A stretch of DNA of 64,000 nt from the human T2T-CHM13v2.0 reference genome, Homo sapiens. Shown here piece by piece: positions 27,251 through 41,616 of this stretch. The notes under the pieces were generated by a model, which did no database searches, was not told the origin of the DNA, and saw nothing but the letters and a program-made list of their open reading frames with translations. Made by a program: the position numbers and the translations under genes. The stretch is from NCBI RefSeq assembly GCF_009914755.1, contig NC_060930.1. One strand, written 5' to 3'. Position 1 is the stretch's first letter. The number at the start of each line of letters is the position of its first letter.

Positions 27251-30200
27251 TTGAATTATAAGAAAAGGCTAACATCATAACAATAAGGTTGTATAGAATA
27301 AACTGACAACACAGAAGTTATTTTGGCCCTGTGTTCCACAGTGACTCACCAAATATACCCTGCACTGTTTATTTTATTTTTTTCTATTTCACTATTGAAA
27401 TGAACAGATGCATTTCACGTCACATGGATCTCGTGGAAACATGCCAAACATTTTCTTAGCAACCAAACTCCTGTCTTCTGCACTGTGCATGATTAACTAA
27501 AACAGCCTGTTGACGGCTTAAAATAAACCTGCCTTTTCCATTTAGCATTTTATCAAATGAATATAATTTCATTTGCTGATGAATTTAGTTCAGCTTCAAG
27601 AGAATTTTTCTTTTCTTCATGGGGAGGCTGAAGAATCAGAACTGTCATACCAAAGAATGAAAAGCAAGCCTAGGGAGAACAAGACAGTCTGATGTTTACA
27701 TGGGTAAAGTAAAAGTATCTTTGTCAATATTACCAGCACTCTCCCTCACCCTCTGTTTTATAGGGTGGAATGTTGATTTTAGTTCTGCTTTTGCATTATG
27801 GTGTTTACGTTGCTTGATTACAAGCATTAATTTAAATGACTGCTGTGGGGATTACTATTGTTATTATACGTGAGCTCTTGTCTTACTTTTGTTTATTTCT
27901 AGCACTTGAGTATGCCCTAAAATTTAATTAGATTCATCTCTTAGGATAGTAGACCCTTTGCTGGGGTTCAAAAGTAAAGGGACAAATGGTATAATCCGTC
28001 AAGGGAGGAGGGAGGTATATTATCAGCAATGAGGAGAGTCAATGTTTTCTTAGAGGATGTGACTCTGCAACTTGAAATGAATTGATATTCTGTTTGATGA
28101 ATATAAAATATATCTCTGTGTCTATATGTACATGTAGACACTTTGCATCCAAAGACTATAGGGATATTTGCTAAATAAGGAAGATTTAAAGTTTCTTTAA
28201 AGACAGCTTAAAAACAAAGTCATCTATGCAGTTAAACCAGCATGTATCTACGGAATCAATGAGAGGAAGAGGGTTGGACTGAATATTATATAGTCCATGC
28301 GATTTCCCCACTATCTTTTACTTGTGTCCTCATTTGGAAATAGTGAAAAACAGCACTAATGGCAAATTGCAACACTATTTAAATTTCCACCTTATTTCCC
28401 CCAGAGCAAATTCTTAAATGTTAATCATCATCAGGCAGTCAAGTAGACACTTTAGCTGCACATAGTTTTATATTTTTCCTGGGGAATAAAGGCACAACAA
28501 ATATAAAACATATTCCTGATAAATCCACTCTTTCTGATTGCTGCTCTGTTTACATTTTGAGAAATAATCTTGATGTATTGCCTTTAACATTAGACATAAT
28601 CAATATAAGATTGATAGACATTTTACATTAAACATTGTAAAAATAGCTGCTCCCACATTTAATATTCTTCTGCTACAAGTCTGAATTCTTCATTACTTAA
28701 GCGAGGTTATGATGCTATTCGGCTACTTTGGAAAATGTCACTATCTTCTTCAGGTTTGTTTTTGAAAGTGTATTAACATTTTCAAAACCTGATTTCTAAG
28801 TTGAGAAAAATCCAACTGAAAGATGTCACAATGACTATTTGAGACTAATCCTACTGACGGCATTACTTCCTTTATGGAGGTAAGACTTGATAACTAGCAT
28901 TCTCTCCCACTAGCCTACAGAGAAGATTCCCTAAAACAATACTGGGAGCTTCTTGCAGGTGCTTAGAGTTTTATTAATTACACTCAGCTGGGCCGAGGGA
29001 AACTAGAGATGAAATCTAGGAAATATTCCAGAGTCTGGCATGTGAGCAATCATAAGCAGTTCATGGAAACCTCAGAGTGTCTCAGCTTTCCTGCTTTATA
29101 TTCATTAATTTCCTTTTCTCATATTAATAAAGGTCAATGCTGTTAGTGCCTATCTTATCCATAGAAAGGAGCTTGATCTTGAACTAATTCCATTATATTC
29201 TATTTTTTAATAGAAAACTAAAATCTTACATTTGGGGATGGCTTTGTTGTCAGTATGCTTGGTACAGCTTTGTCTTTTTCTAGTGAATAGCCCTTTACTT
29301 TATTCCAAAAGATCGTATGCTTCTTAGAAGCATTTTTATTCTTTAGTTAAAATTACATTTTACTTTTAAAACTCAATTTAAAAATCAGCAGTTATTTATT
29401 GATGGCATGATATTAGTTGCTATACTAAATCCTATAGATGAATTAATTCTCACACTGACACTAGGAAGTAGAATCAGGTCTTTCTGATGCTCTATAATAA
29501 AGTGAAAAAGAACACACCACACCCACATTAAGAATAGATTAAATGTCTTAGTTAATTAGCCAAGGAAAAAGAAATCTCTCCAAGGCAGGACCAATATGGC
29601 CTGACTAACAAGGATTTCCCTGGTCTCTGCTCCCTGAGAAAGTCCACCAGGAAGGTCATATCCACAGATAGTAAAGACCATCAGTGTCTAAATGTCCCTG
29701 ATAGTAGACCTACCTCCAGCTTTCCAGGCTTCCCAAATAATTACGTCTTCACAACCCAAATTATTTTCCAAATCCCGTGTTCTTATAATTACAGCAGATT
29801 TCAGAACATTATACCTTTGCAGTGGTGTTCCTTAAAAATGAGGTACATAAATTCCTTTAATTCTATAGTGAAATAAAAATATAGTTCATTTACAATTTAA
29901 GGACTGGGGCAACTAAAATCTGGTCATTTGAATAACTAATTTCTGGTAAAAAGAAGAGGAACTAAAGTATAGAGATTGGTTAATATAGTATTGGAAATTG
30001 TCAGGATAATTTGGGAATAGTTCTTTTTAGATCAATGGATGGATTCAATAAGAACATCTTTGACTTATGATTCTAAAATGTGGTACTATATTTTTGCAAA
30101 TTTCATCTTGAGGAAATACTTTTCTGTAAGATTTTCTCCCTAAAGCTAGATTAGATCTCCAGTGGGAGTACCCGTACTCCCTGGAAGTCTGGAACAAAAC

Positions 30201-30486
30201 AGGCAATAATTTCTCAGCTCTGCAATGGTATACAATGGTTGCCTAAACAAAAAAGGGCAAAGTTGTCTGGTACTTGCATAAATAGATAACTAGAAAGATA
30301 TAGACATGGGTATGCATGGGTGTGTGTGTGTATATGTGTATGTGTGTGCATACAATTAAGAAGCCTATATGTATATGGATATAAGCTTATAGATATACAT
30401 ACATATAAGCTTCTTAGTTCCAAATATAGTAACATAAAGAATACTTAAGTTATTAGGAAAAGATACTCTTTCAATGCAGGCTCTAG

Positions 30487-30693
30487 GGTGCACTAATTCA
30501 GTTGTTACTATCCATATGTGGGGCTATATAAATTTAAATGTAAATTAATTAAATGTAAATTAATTTAAAATTCATCTTCAGAGCTGCACTAGCCACATTT
30601 CAAGTACTCCACATATGGCTAGTAGCTACCATATCAGATAGCACAGACGTAGAATCCTTCCATCATTGCGGGAAGTTCTATTGGACAGTGTTG
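30487..30693 (-). mobile_element. MER3 (hAT-Charlie)
   Basis: cactagccacatttcaagtactc...ccatcattgcgggaagttctattggacagtg. Confidence 0.85.
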
Positions 30694-30998
30694 GTCCAGA
30701 AGTTAAGGAAATATTTTTAAAATGCATTTAATAAGGGCTTGTTAGTCTTATCCTTTCAATAAAGTCTTCCCTGAACTAATTTCTGTTGTAGATTACTAAA
30801 ATGGGCTATTTTATTATGCTGTTCACATAGTTATTCAACTTCTAATTAGAGGTTGATGAAGTTCTTTCATTTACAACAGTATCATTTGCACCACATTTTC
30901 CAACTGCATTAAGAAGTTACATGATCTCACAGAAAATAACAAAAGACAAAGAATTTACTCAACAGTCTAGAATATATAAATATAAATATATGTGAGGG

Positions 30999-31031
<33 letters not shown>

Positions 31032-31032
31032 T
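30999..31032. repeat. (GT)n microsatellite
   Basis: Direct reading; a second, imperfect TG tract lies at ~30320-30348. Confidence 0.9.
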
Positions 31033-31422
31033 AAGTTTGTGTTGACTGAAAACCAAAGTTGAGAACGACGTGCTCCCACATTGTAAAGTGAAATGCTAAA
31101 CATACTACTAGCTGATCTTTGCAACCTTTTCAAGAAGAGTCCAGTTAAGTCCAACAGGGACTTCTGGTCTGCATAAGGAAATCATTAGAGAAGATGTTTT
31201 GAAGAAATGTCTAAGAGCAAAGAATTACCAGTGGCTCTCAAAGATTCTGTTTGCAAGTGGCATACTGCTCATATTTCACTTGCCAAATCAAGTCATGTGA
31301 CCAAACCTGCCATCAATGGGGTGGAGAAGTATACTCTTCTTACAGAGAGTAGCAGCAAATAATTAGGGACAATAGTATACCTGTCACAAGGCCCTTTTGC
31401 TAATGATAAACATCTCACTCTC

Positions 31423-31960
<538 letters not shown>

Positions 31961-32459
31961 CTCTGTCTTCTATATATCTTGTTATGATATAGCTGGTTTC
32001 TAGACGGTATTTTTATATCTGCTTAGAAAAAGGACCCCTATTTTTAGAACAACTGAGGTATCTGGTTCTTCAACATTTTCAACAATAGACCACTGTGGTT
32101 TCTTGGAGTCTCTTATCATCCTTGACCTAGGCTCAGCTTCACTGGTTACCCTCCTACTGTACTCCAAATCTGTAGCATGCATAAAAAGCAGAGAACACTT
32201 TGTTCATTACTCTGCCTGTTTTAGTGCCAGAGATCCTGGCCTGTAGTCGGAAGTCTGGTAGGGAACAATTTGGACAAATTGAATAGAAGGTGTTATTTAT
32301 GGCCATGAGGACAGAGCAAGAATACCTGCCGCTGGAAAGCTTTAGATTATGATCATGTTTTCTTTCTCATTAGCAGGGTATTTCAAAGGCGGGTGGTGGT
32401 CACTTTATTCATTATAAACAAATACCGCTGAGCCTTAACTTTTAGAAGAAGCTTGTATT

Positions 32460-32900
32460 AATCAACACAGCACCCAGAAATGACACCTGTGAGACAGCTG
32501 TTTTTATCTCCATTTTGCAAAAGAGCCAGCAAAACAAAGAGAGGTTAAGCAACTTGCCCAGAGCCTCACAACTCTTAAGTGCTAGAGATGGCATCAGAGC
32601 TTGAGTCTTCCTGATTCCAGATTTACACATGGATCTGGTGAGCATCTTCCTACTCATATCAACAAGTAGCATTTGTCAGGTGGTATACTGCATTCGCCAG
32701 GCCTCTTGCCAAAGGCATTATCGACATTGGTTGATTTGTCTTTAAAATCACACTGCAAAATAACTATTATTCTTACTATTCTATAGCTAGGAAATTGAAG
32801 CTTAGAGGGGTAAATATGCTGTGAAAGATTACACTGCTAACAAGTGCTGGAGCCAGAATTTTAAACCAAGTCTAACTCTAAAGCCACTGTTGCCACTGCT
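32460..32900 (-). mobile_element. Two MIR fragments
   Basis: agaggttaagcaacttgcccagagcctcaca, and ggaaattgaagcttagagggg...agtctaactcta. Confidence 0.65.
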
Positions 32901-35009
32901 TACTAACCTCTACTGTTATAGCTTTAACGCTTAGCATCTGCATCCAAAACTAGGGGTGCCCTGAAGTGCAGAAAGGCAGTATACCTGAAGTCATACCAGA
33001 AAGGCAAGTAAGAAGAATACAATTACTTGAGTAAAAATGCATGGCATTGGATGATGGTGTAGGTTTATGGTGGAAAAGAGAATATTAAAATGAGAATTAC
33101 AGAAGAAAATCACTTAATCTTGAAATAGAAATGGATTCCTGTCCCTGAAGCTCTTTTGCTAATTTTGCTTTCTCAGACCTAATTTTTGTCTTAAGCATGC
33201 TTATTTTGATTCTAATCCAGTTGAAGCAAGCTTATAATTAAAGTGGCATTTACTACATTGGACATTTTTCATACTGATTAGATAGGAGTGTCTAGGGCAG
33301 CGAAAGGCCCTTGGGATCTGGGCACATCCAATGTCTTGATCACACGGTAGAAACAGGCAACCAAAATACAGCCTTGGTGGGAGACAGTCTGAGTCAGAGG
33401 CATTGTTAGATGATAAGCCAAAGCAGAAGCCAGGGAGCTGAGTGCACCCAGAGATACTCATTGCTGGGAGGCTCTGTGTTCATCTTATTTTAATCAGTTG
33501 ACCATTAAAAGAGAGAGAATGAAAAATCATTAGGATGACTGAGTCATATGACAATTGTGTGCAACTCAACCATACCTAATACTAAAACAAGAGGTATTCT
33601 GATGGAAGTTAGCACACAGATTGACATGAGTTGTCATTTCTGACACTTAGAACCAATCTTTTTCTAAAGAACTCCTACCTCTCAAAATGGTAGGATATGA
33701 AAATGAGGCCCTAGCTAGATCAACTCAGTGGAAGCTAGTATATGATTTCTTAACTATTTCAACTGGAAGTATGCACCAGGCTGTCACTGATGTCCAAATA
33801 ACCCCTGCAATACTTAGACATCCTTCCACAGAAGATTATTCCTAATTCCTGTATTTCTAGAACGATGCCCAGAATTTAAAATAATAGCCCCATGCCTTGC
33901 TACTCGTAACTGAGAATGTAAATGTCCTTGGATAGCTGGAAAAATTGGAGAAAAAATGATAAAGGTTTTTCTTCATGACAATCAGTTCTACAGACATCTA
34001 GCTCTGCCAGAATGGAGGCAATCATTTATTATTGATTAAGCAGTGGAAGCCGTGGTTCTGGGTTTAAGGAAGACAGTTTTCTGGCCAAGAGGATCTAGAA
34101 AGTGCCCTTGGAACAACTGACTTTCCAGGATGTTAATATACTCTATGGCCACTGACAAAAATACGAAGGATTCTGGGCTTGATTTTAAAGGAAGAGTGAA
34201 TGTTCACCCTCACTTCTTCGAATATTGAGTAGAAAATCAAAGGCTTTTCTCTAATCTTCATTCCTCTCTTTATTCCACTCTTGGAGCCTGGTTGTAAACC
34301 TTGGTATCCTGTGCTATGGTGAGTCTACAGATGGATTGGGTTGTTCAGAATCTTCCCTCCTGTAATACACTACTACTTTATATAAAGAATGACCCCAATC
34401 ACAGGTTCTTATAGATCTTTAGAGGAGAATTTAAAACTATGGGGAAAACAGTAATTTTGTCCCACTACAAACAAATCAATCTGTGATTTGTGTATTGAGA
34501 CTCCCTCAGAGAGATTTAGGCAATTAAGAATTGGAAACCCTTAATTAGAATGAAAAAGACTCAGCGATGGTAGATGGAGATGCTGATGAGTTCCAGAAGG
34601 GCTCTCTGTGTGTTGAGAGTTGGGTAGTCAATATGCAATGTAACATCTAGAGTAGTGTGGAACATTTCATTACCAAACACTGTAATCATGCTCAGGGCTC
34701 CCCTGGAGTGGCTCATCATGGGCCCTGACCTCAGGGTCCTATTTCTTCTGGTGTGGTTTGGGGTATATTTAGTGAGTAAATGACCATGCTTTCTCCCAGT
34801 GGAACTAAAGAGGGCAGGTTGGATACAACAGCTTCTAGAGCTGGCGCTGGACTTTGTCAGCAGTATGGCTTTTATGATCGTCGATCATAAGCAAAGAAAA
34901 ACTGTTTCTATCCCTCTCTCTGCCAGGCATCCCTCCAGTGTCTAGGTTTCCCCTCTGCGGCTAAGTGGTATACATAACACCCCTTCTATGTGCCAGGCTA
35001 TGTCACTGT

Positions 35010-35127
35010 AAGGCCCTTCTGATAATGATAAACAGCTCACTCTCTGTATTAGTTAGGGTTCTCCAGAGAAACAGGACTATTAGGATATACATACAAAGAT
35101 ATAAGGAGATTAATATGGGAATTGGCT
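35010..35127 (+). repeat. Diverged local duplicate of 31388-31499 (unique flank plus MLT2 edge)
   Basis: aaggccctt..taatgataaaca.ctcactctctgtattagttagggttctc..gagaaacaggac...ataaggagattaatatgggaa.tggct occurs at both sites. Confidence 0.92.
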
Positions 35128-38100
35128 GTAAGCAACTATAAGCAGTGACAGCCTGGTACATAGAAACAGCCTCCCCTTTTCTCTACACTTAAATCCTTCC
35201 TGTTCTTTAACAGGGAGCTTGGACTTCACTTCCTGCAGACAAATATCTACATATTACCCTCCAGTTTATTTTTTATTTTGTTTATTTAATTGTGACTTTC
35301 TTCATTGTACTGTAACTCCCAGGGTACTGAACATAATTCTAACAGGAAGACTTCAATTAAAATGGAGTAATGGTGAGGTACATCTGAGATACTTGCTATT
35401 TTGGAATCTAGGAAAGCAAATGTCGACGGGAAAACAGGAAAGTAGGATTCAACATCTAGGCTTTTTAATGGTAAAGATTCCAAAGAAAAGGCTGTATTTA
35501 GGAAAATGAATGAATACTGTTTAATTATATGTAGAAATCTAAAAATAAGTGAATGAGTATATACATTGGAGAGAGTGACAGAATTAAAAGTAAGACATCT
35601 GCAAAGTGATAGAGGAAATAGAACAGATAATCTGGATATTACAGGCCAAAAGCAACATAAAACATCTAATAATGTTTTTGGTATAGTGGAAAAATCAACA
35701 ATAATCTGAAATTTTCTGTTCTTTTGCAATATGAACAAATTTTATTTTATTGTTGGATATTCTCTCTGTCAGCTTTCTAAAATGATCTGGATATATTACT
35801 GACTTTTCTAACTTTATTTTCCCTGCTACTATTATTTTATGTATTACTCTGTGGGCATCTTATTTTCTTGCCTACAGGGAATAATTTAACCTAAATATTA
35901 ACATTAGTCATTTGAGCATAGTATTTCACGGACATTTTTATCCCTCTGTTTTTTTAAGATCATCCATTACTTTTATTCTGTTTCCTGTGTTGACGTTTTT
36001 CATGCTGTTTGCAATAATTTTCAGTAGGAAAAAAGTTTAAATGCATACAGTGACACTTCCATGAAATGGAATTTTCAAAGACATTTGTTTCTTGAATCTG
36101 TTGCTATGATTTTAAAATAGGAATGTTATACCCAGGAAAATATGCAATGTGGGAGCAGGACATATTTTACCACTGTGGGTATGTTCAAATTTCTAAAAAT
36201 ATTTTTGTTTTCTTTCTCTTTTTAAAGTTTGACAAGAAAATATTTGTGCATTCAAAATTTTTTTCCTAGTTATTGAGTTGTTTTATCTCATTGTTCCTTG
36301 ATGTCATCTCACCTAAGTATATGATTTCAGTGTGTTTTCTGGTTGGACTCCTGAGAGATGGCAACGTCAAGCAGGTTTATTTAGCTGTGTGATGAACAGA
36401 ACTGCAGGAAGCAAGCAAAGGCTGTTAGCAGAAACCAGGAGGAGATCTTTAAAAGCATGATGAGCTGTGTTACACACACCAAGGGCACAAATAAATTCCA
36501 TTTTGCACCATTCTCAGAGATATCGCTGGTAGGTGGTAGAGTGTTGAGGAGTCAGAGCGCTAGTCGAGGATCAATGCGGCAGCAGCAGCGTGGAGGTGAG
36601 AGAGCCGAGGATGCCGGGAGCCACCTGGTTCCCACGACTGATGGAGCAGGACCACCGCCCTCAGCCTCAAGCTGTTCCTGCAGCTTGGAAACTATCGGCT
36701 AAGCTGGCCCAGAGTATGAGAATTTTCTAAAAGCTGAAGGGAGACAGTCCCTTTAGTCCATGGGTATTCCAGTCATTAGATCCAAAGACAAGCTCAGCTT
36801 CTATTTCAAAAAAAAAAAAAAAAAATAGCAGATAGCTGCAGGGTTAGCTCTCCCCGCAATAGCTGTTCACATTGATTTGCTTCATAGATTGATTGCTTTT
36901 GCCATTTGCAACCCTCCTGAACAACAGGGGAAAAAAACCCAGTGGCTGGGCCAAACTCAGAAATGATGAACGAACGTGGAAGATACATTTGGTGTCACAC
37001 TGACTTGCAATGGATAACAGCATTTAAAAGTAGTAACAGCTGGATTCAAGTTTTTAAAATTAGGGCTGTATTATTAATGGAGGAATTGGGACACTGGGAG
37101 TCTGAGAGGGAGATTTAAAAGCTTATTTTAAATGAATGGGCTTTCTGCTGTACCTTGGGATGGCAGCCACCAGGTGGACAAGACACACAGCTCTGGCCCC
37201 TTGTCAGACAACTTTTACTCAGCTGGATTCAGCGTTAGACCTTGGTATGCAACGAGGACACTCTAACAAGGAGTGGCACAAAACCTCTTTTGTATTTATT
37301 GTGGGGATTTTGTAAAGTATATTGGCCAATAAATCTCATACCGTCTTCTTCATGAAGACATCCAGGAGAAATTCCCCACACAGCTTACAGACAGGAAAAG
37401 CTATGTTCTCCAGAGAAATGATGCCGTTCCCCTTCATAAACACTAAATCTTGTGACTGCCAGAGTTTCCCTCCTGCCTTGGTCCTGGTGAAGCAAGCGAC
37501 TGAGTTTAAGATTAGAATGGGACCTTCTGTATACACTGATATTCAATACTCTTATTCCTGGCTTCACTTTGCTTTCTTACCCTTATTTTTCTTTTTCTCC
37601 TATTATATGCATTTTTGCAATGAGGAGGAAGATAAACAGTCAGTACACATTTTTTAGTGATAAATAGTCATTTAAAATTTTTCCCAAGTGGCAATATAGT
37701 TATAAAAGAAAATATCCTTAATTTTTAAGAAATGATGGATGGGAGTGAAATGATGTGCAACTGCGATTTGTTTTAAAACACCTCAACAACCAAAGGGGTA
37801 GATAAAGCAAGAAGGGAAACATTTTGAAAATTGAATATAGGTGGGTTTTTTAAACTATCCTTTTTAACTTCTGTGTATGTTTAGGAATTTTAATTAGAAA
37901 ATGTTTTCCATTTGGATCAAATTTTTGATATAGTAGGAGGCCAAGTTTCTTGTCAACTTGACAGTTATTTCCATCAGAAAATGTTGACTAGTTTTTCACA
38001 AATTCTTCTGAAATTGGTTTAACTGTTTTGTTTTTCTCCCCCTGCCTTGTCAGTTGAAGCTTCAAGTCATACAATCTAAGACAGAATGAAGGCAGCAAAT

Positions 38101-38940
38101 CTAAACTCCAAGGCTACATAAAGTGTGCCATTCCACAGGTAGAAACACTCACATGTGCTTAGAAACGCTCTGCTTTCCTCCTTGATTACCCAAATTCTCA
38201 TTCTGAGCTTCTATTTCTCCAGATCTAGACTCGGGAATTTAATATCTGAAGACTCATATAGGGCTGATCTACCCTAACTTGCAAAATTTCATGCATATTT
38301 CATACTTACACTCTTCATATGTCAGTGGTGCTATTGTTTGGTTACTTTCTCTATCTGTGTGGTTTCATCACCAGTCTATTCACCCCTATATAAAACTTAA
38401 GATTTGAGATAAGAACTGGAATTTAAATGACTTAGGAAAGAATGTATCTTGGTTAGAATATAAGAGTCTGAAAAGTCTGCTGTGGGTGCTAAGCTGGCTA
38501 CTAAGGGAAATGCTAACAGAAATTTGTCATATGTCTTCAGAGTATTGTCTGGCAACTGATTAAAACAGAGGAAGAGTGAAACAACATCTGCTTCTCTCCA
38601 CCTCACACTGATAAAATGGTTGAATAAATGCACTTTGCTTATGGCCATGAAGAACACAGGGGACTTCATCTTTCCAAGTGTTTTCATACAATGCTCAAGG
38701 CTAATTCTTTTGGTCCTGATGTTTTATTTCTTAGCACCTGCTGGATCAAGAAGCACCCACAAGGATCATTTCTCAAAAATGTCTGAAACTATATCTATTC
38801 TGACTATGAACCTTGATCACAATTCAAACCCTTAGGCTACTGTTCTGATTGTTTTCAGCATTACCCACTAACTTTTGCTTTCTATTTCCATATTCTGTAT
38901 TCTGGGGGCACTTTTTATACAGAGTCTGAAAGTGCTATTC

Positions 38941-39232
38941 TTTTTTTTTTTTTTTTTGAGACGGAGTCTCTCTCTGTTGCCAGGCTGCAGTGCAATGGCA
39001 CGATTTCGGCTCACTGCAACCTCTGCCTCCGGTTCAAGCAACTCTCCTGACTCAGCCTCCCGAGTAGCTGGGACTACAGGCGTGCACCACCACACCCGGC
39101 TAATTTTTGTTTTTAGTACAGGCGGGGTTTCACCATGTTGGCCAGGATGGTCTTGATCTCTTGACCTCCTGATGCATCCGCCTCAGGCTCCCAAAGTGCT
39201 GGGATTACAGGTGTGAGCCACTGTGCCCAGCC
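38941..39232 (-). mobile_element. AluSc
   Basis: tgttgccagg and ggatggtcttgatctcttgacc diagnostics; perfect TSD gaaagtgctattctt (38928-38942, 39234-39248). Confidence 0.95.
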
Positions 39233-39324
39233 CGAAAGTGCTATTCTTATTATGACCTACAGTGGTAATATTTCACTTAAAAATCAGTGCTATACCCATT
39301 GCTGGTTAACAAGCTTTGGAGAAG

Positions 39325-39393
39325 TATTAGGTTGAACCATAGAAACTGCCACAACTGTTCAAATATTGAAAATTTTATATGCTTCAGCTCATA
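39325..39393. mobile_element. MADE2-like mariner MITE
   Basis: Imperfect palindrome tattaggttgaaccata...aattttatatgcttca. Confidence 0.55.
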
Positions 39394-40244
39394 GTCTCCT
39401 TCACACACATTCTCTTTCATATTTTTTTATAATTTTATTTTTTGTATGACTTAATGGGCACATGCTGATTTCCTGTATGTCGTCAACACTCCTGAGCCAT
39501 GAGGGTAAGATCAGAGCTGCAGGAGTCCAGACACGTACTTTGTCGCCTGCCAAGTGAAAGACAATGAATGGAGTTATCTAAATTTTTCAGTGAACTTTTT
39601 GGTGTCTATGTTGTCTAATTTTATTCCCTTACTTTGTGTTTAAGAAAGATCTAATACCCACAGAGAATACCAAGGCTATTAAAGTCTAAGCAGGTGACCT
39701 ACCTCAAAGCTTAAGTTCCTGTTATCATAGGCCTCGTTTCTCAAATTTGTATAAATGTACATGTGATGGAAAACCAGAAGATGCTTGGTAAACATGGTCA
39801 GTTTTACTCAATGATGAATGGTTTCAGTCATTTTTTTGTATTAAAGGAAACATAAATATACTATGGAGTAAAATGCAAACACTACACGGTTTTTTAAGAT
39901 AAATTCTGACACTTGAAAGGCATGTTCTGCATTTAGGGCTATTGCCAGCCCCAGAACCATGGGATGAAGTTTTACTCCTTCTGCTGGTAGAGGAAGTTTA
40001 GTGGAAGGTTTGAGAACCTGAGCCCTGAGTGTAGGAAATGCATAGAAGTAGCAAAGTCTGAACAACACTGAGAACTACACAGTAAAATTAGCACATAGGA
40101 TTTATTATCCTTTGTTGAATGAGTATATGAGTATATGATGATGCTGCTGATGATGATGACAATGACCACGATGATTTAAAAAAAAAAAAAACTAATATTT
40201 TTGGAGTTCTTACAATGGGCCTAAGTTTTGGTGCACAAGTATTC

Positions 40245-40475
40245 CAGGGATTGGCAAACTACATCCTGTAGGCCAAATTCAGCCCGCTGCCTGTTTTTGT
40301 AAGTAAGATTTTATTGGAACATAGCCACACCAAGTCATTCAGGTATTATCCATGGCTGCTTCCACTCTATTTAATACAAGGGCATACTTGAGTAGTTGCA
40401 ACAGAGACTACATAGTCTACAAAGCCTAAACTATTTAGTATCTGGTTCTTTACAGAAAAAAATTGCCAATTCCTG
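40245..40475 (+). mobile_element. MER58A inserted in a MIR (MIR ~40190-40650)
   Basis: TIRs cagggattggcaaac / ttgccaattcctg; ggccaaattcagcccgctgcctgtttttgtaa. Confidence 0.9.
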
Positions 40476-40834
40476 TATTAGTGCATTAATTCTCATAACA
40501 AGCTTATGAGAGAGATTCTAATATTAACTTCATTTTGCTGATGAGAAAACTAAGGCACAGAAAGGTTGTTTAACTTACTCAAAGTAAAAGAGCAAGTAAG
40601 TGGCAGGGCAGTATTTGAATCCATCAGTCTAGTTCTAGAGCCCACATATCTGAAACAACTCACTATAGAGATCCTTCTAGATAAGGGAAAACATATTCAA
40701 GGTCACTTTAAAAAGATAGGCCCTAAGTTGACAGCCTCCTAGTATATGCTGTTAATATATCCGTAATTAGAAAAGAAGGTTCCAAATTATGAGGATGGTG
40801 AGCAAGAAACTTGGAACATGGAAAAAATAGCACC

Positions 40835-41616
40835 TGTCTTAGCCAGTTTAGGCTGCTATAATAGGGCACCATAGATTGGTGGCTTATAAACAACAGATAT
40901 CTATTTCTTACAGTCTGGAGGCTGGAAGTCCAAGGTCAGGGTATGAGATGGTTTGAAAGTTTGTCCCCTCCAAATCTATGCTGAACGGTGATTCCCAGTG
41001 TTGGAAGTGGGGCCTGGTGGGAGGTGATTGGATCATGGAGGCGAAGCCCTCAGGAATGGTTTAGCATCATCCGCTTGGTAGTAAATGAGTTCTCCCTTAG
41101 TTCTTGTGAGATCTGGTTGTTTAAAAGAATCTGGGACCTCCCCCTTCTCTCTCTCTTGCTCTCATTCTCACACGTGATAACACTGGCTCCCTCTTTGCCT
41201 TCTGCCATGATTGTAAGCTTCCTGAGTTCCTTACCAGAAGCAGATGCCAGCACCATGCATCCTGTACAGCCTGCAGAACTGTGAGCCAATTAAACTTCTT
41301 TTCTTTTTAAATCACCTGGCCTCAGATATTTCTTTGTAGAAATGCAAAAATAGACTAACACAGGGTACCAGCAAGGTTGGGTTCTGGTCAGGGGCCTCTT
41401 CTAGGTTGCAGACAGCTGACTTCTCATTGTATCCTCACATGGCAGAAAGCCAGAGAGGTAATTGGGGTTACTTTAGGGCACTAGTCCCATTCATGAGGGT
41501 TCCATCCTCATGATCTAATCACTTTGCAAAGGTCTCACCTCCTAATACCATCACATTTGGAGTTAGGATTTGAACATATGAGTCTGGGGAGAAATATAAT
41601 CATTCAGTTCATTGTA
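40835..41616 (-). mobile_element. MSTD/MLT1A-type LTR hosting a nested MST
   Basis: tgtcttagccagtttaggctgctata ... cattcagttcattgta; TSD gcacc/gtgcc, both explicable as CpG decay of gcgcc. Confidence 0.8.
40944..41362 (+). mobile_element. MSTB-type solo LTR nested in the previous element
   Basis: TG...CA termini with perfect TSD gggta (40939-40943, 41363-41367). Confidence 0.9.

Noticed and set aside
35219-35738. 96-aa and 150-aa ORFs in unique AT-rich DNA
   Set aside because: Low-complexity F/L/I/S-rich translation with no motif or exon structure; consistent with chance.
36600-36826. Retrocopy ending in the A-tract at 36808
   Set aside because: No poly(A) signal, TSD or recognisable parent mRNA.
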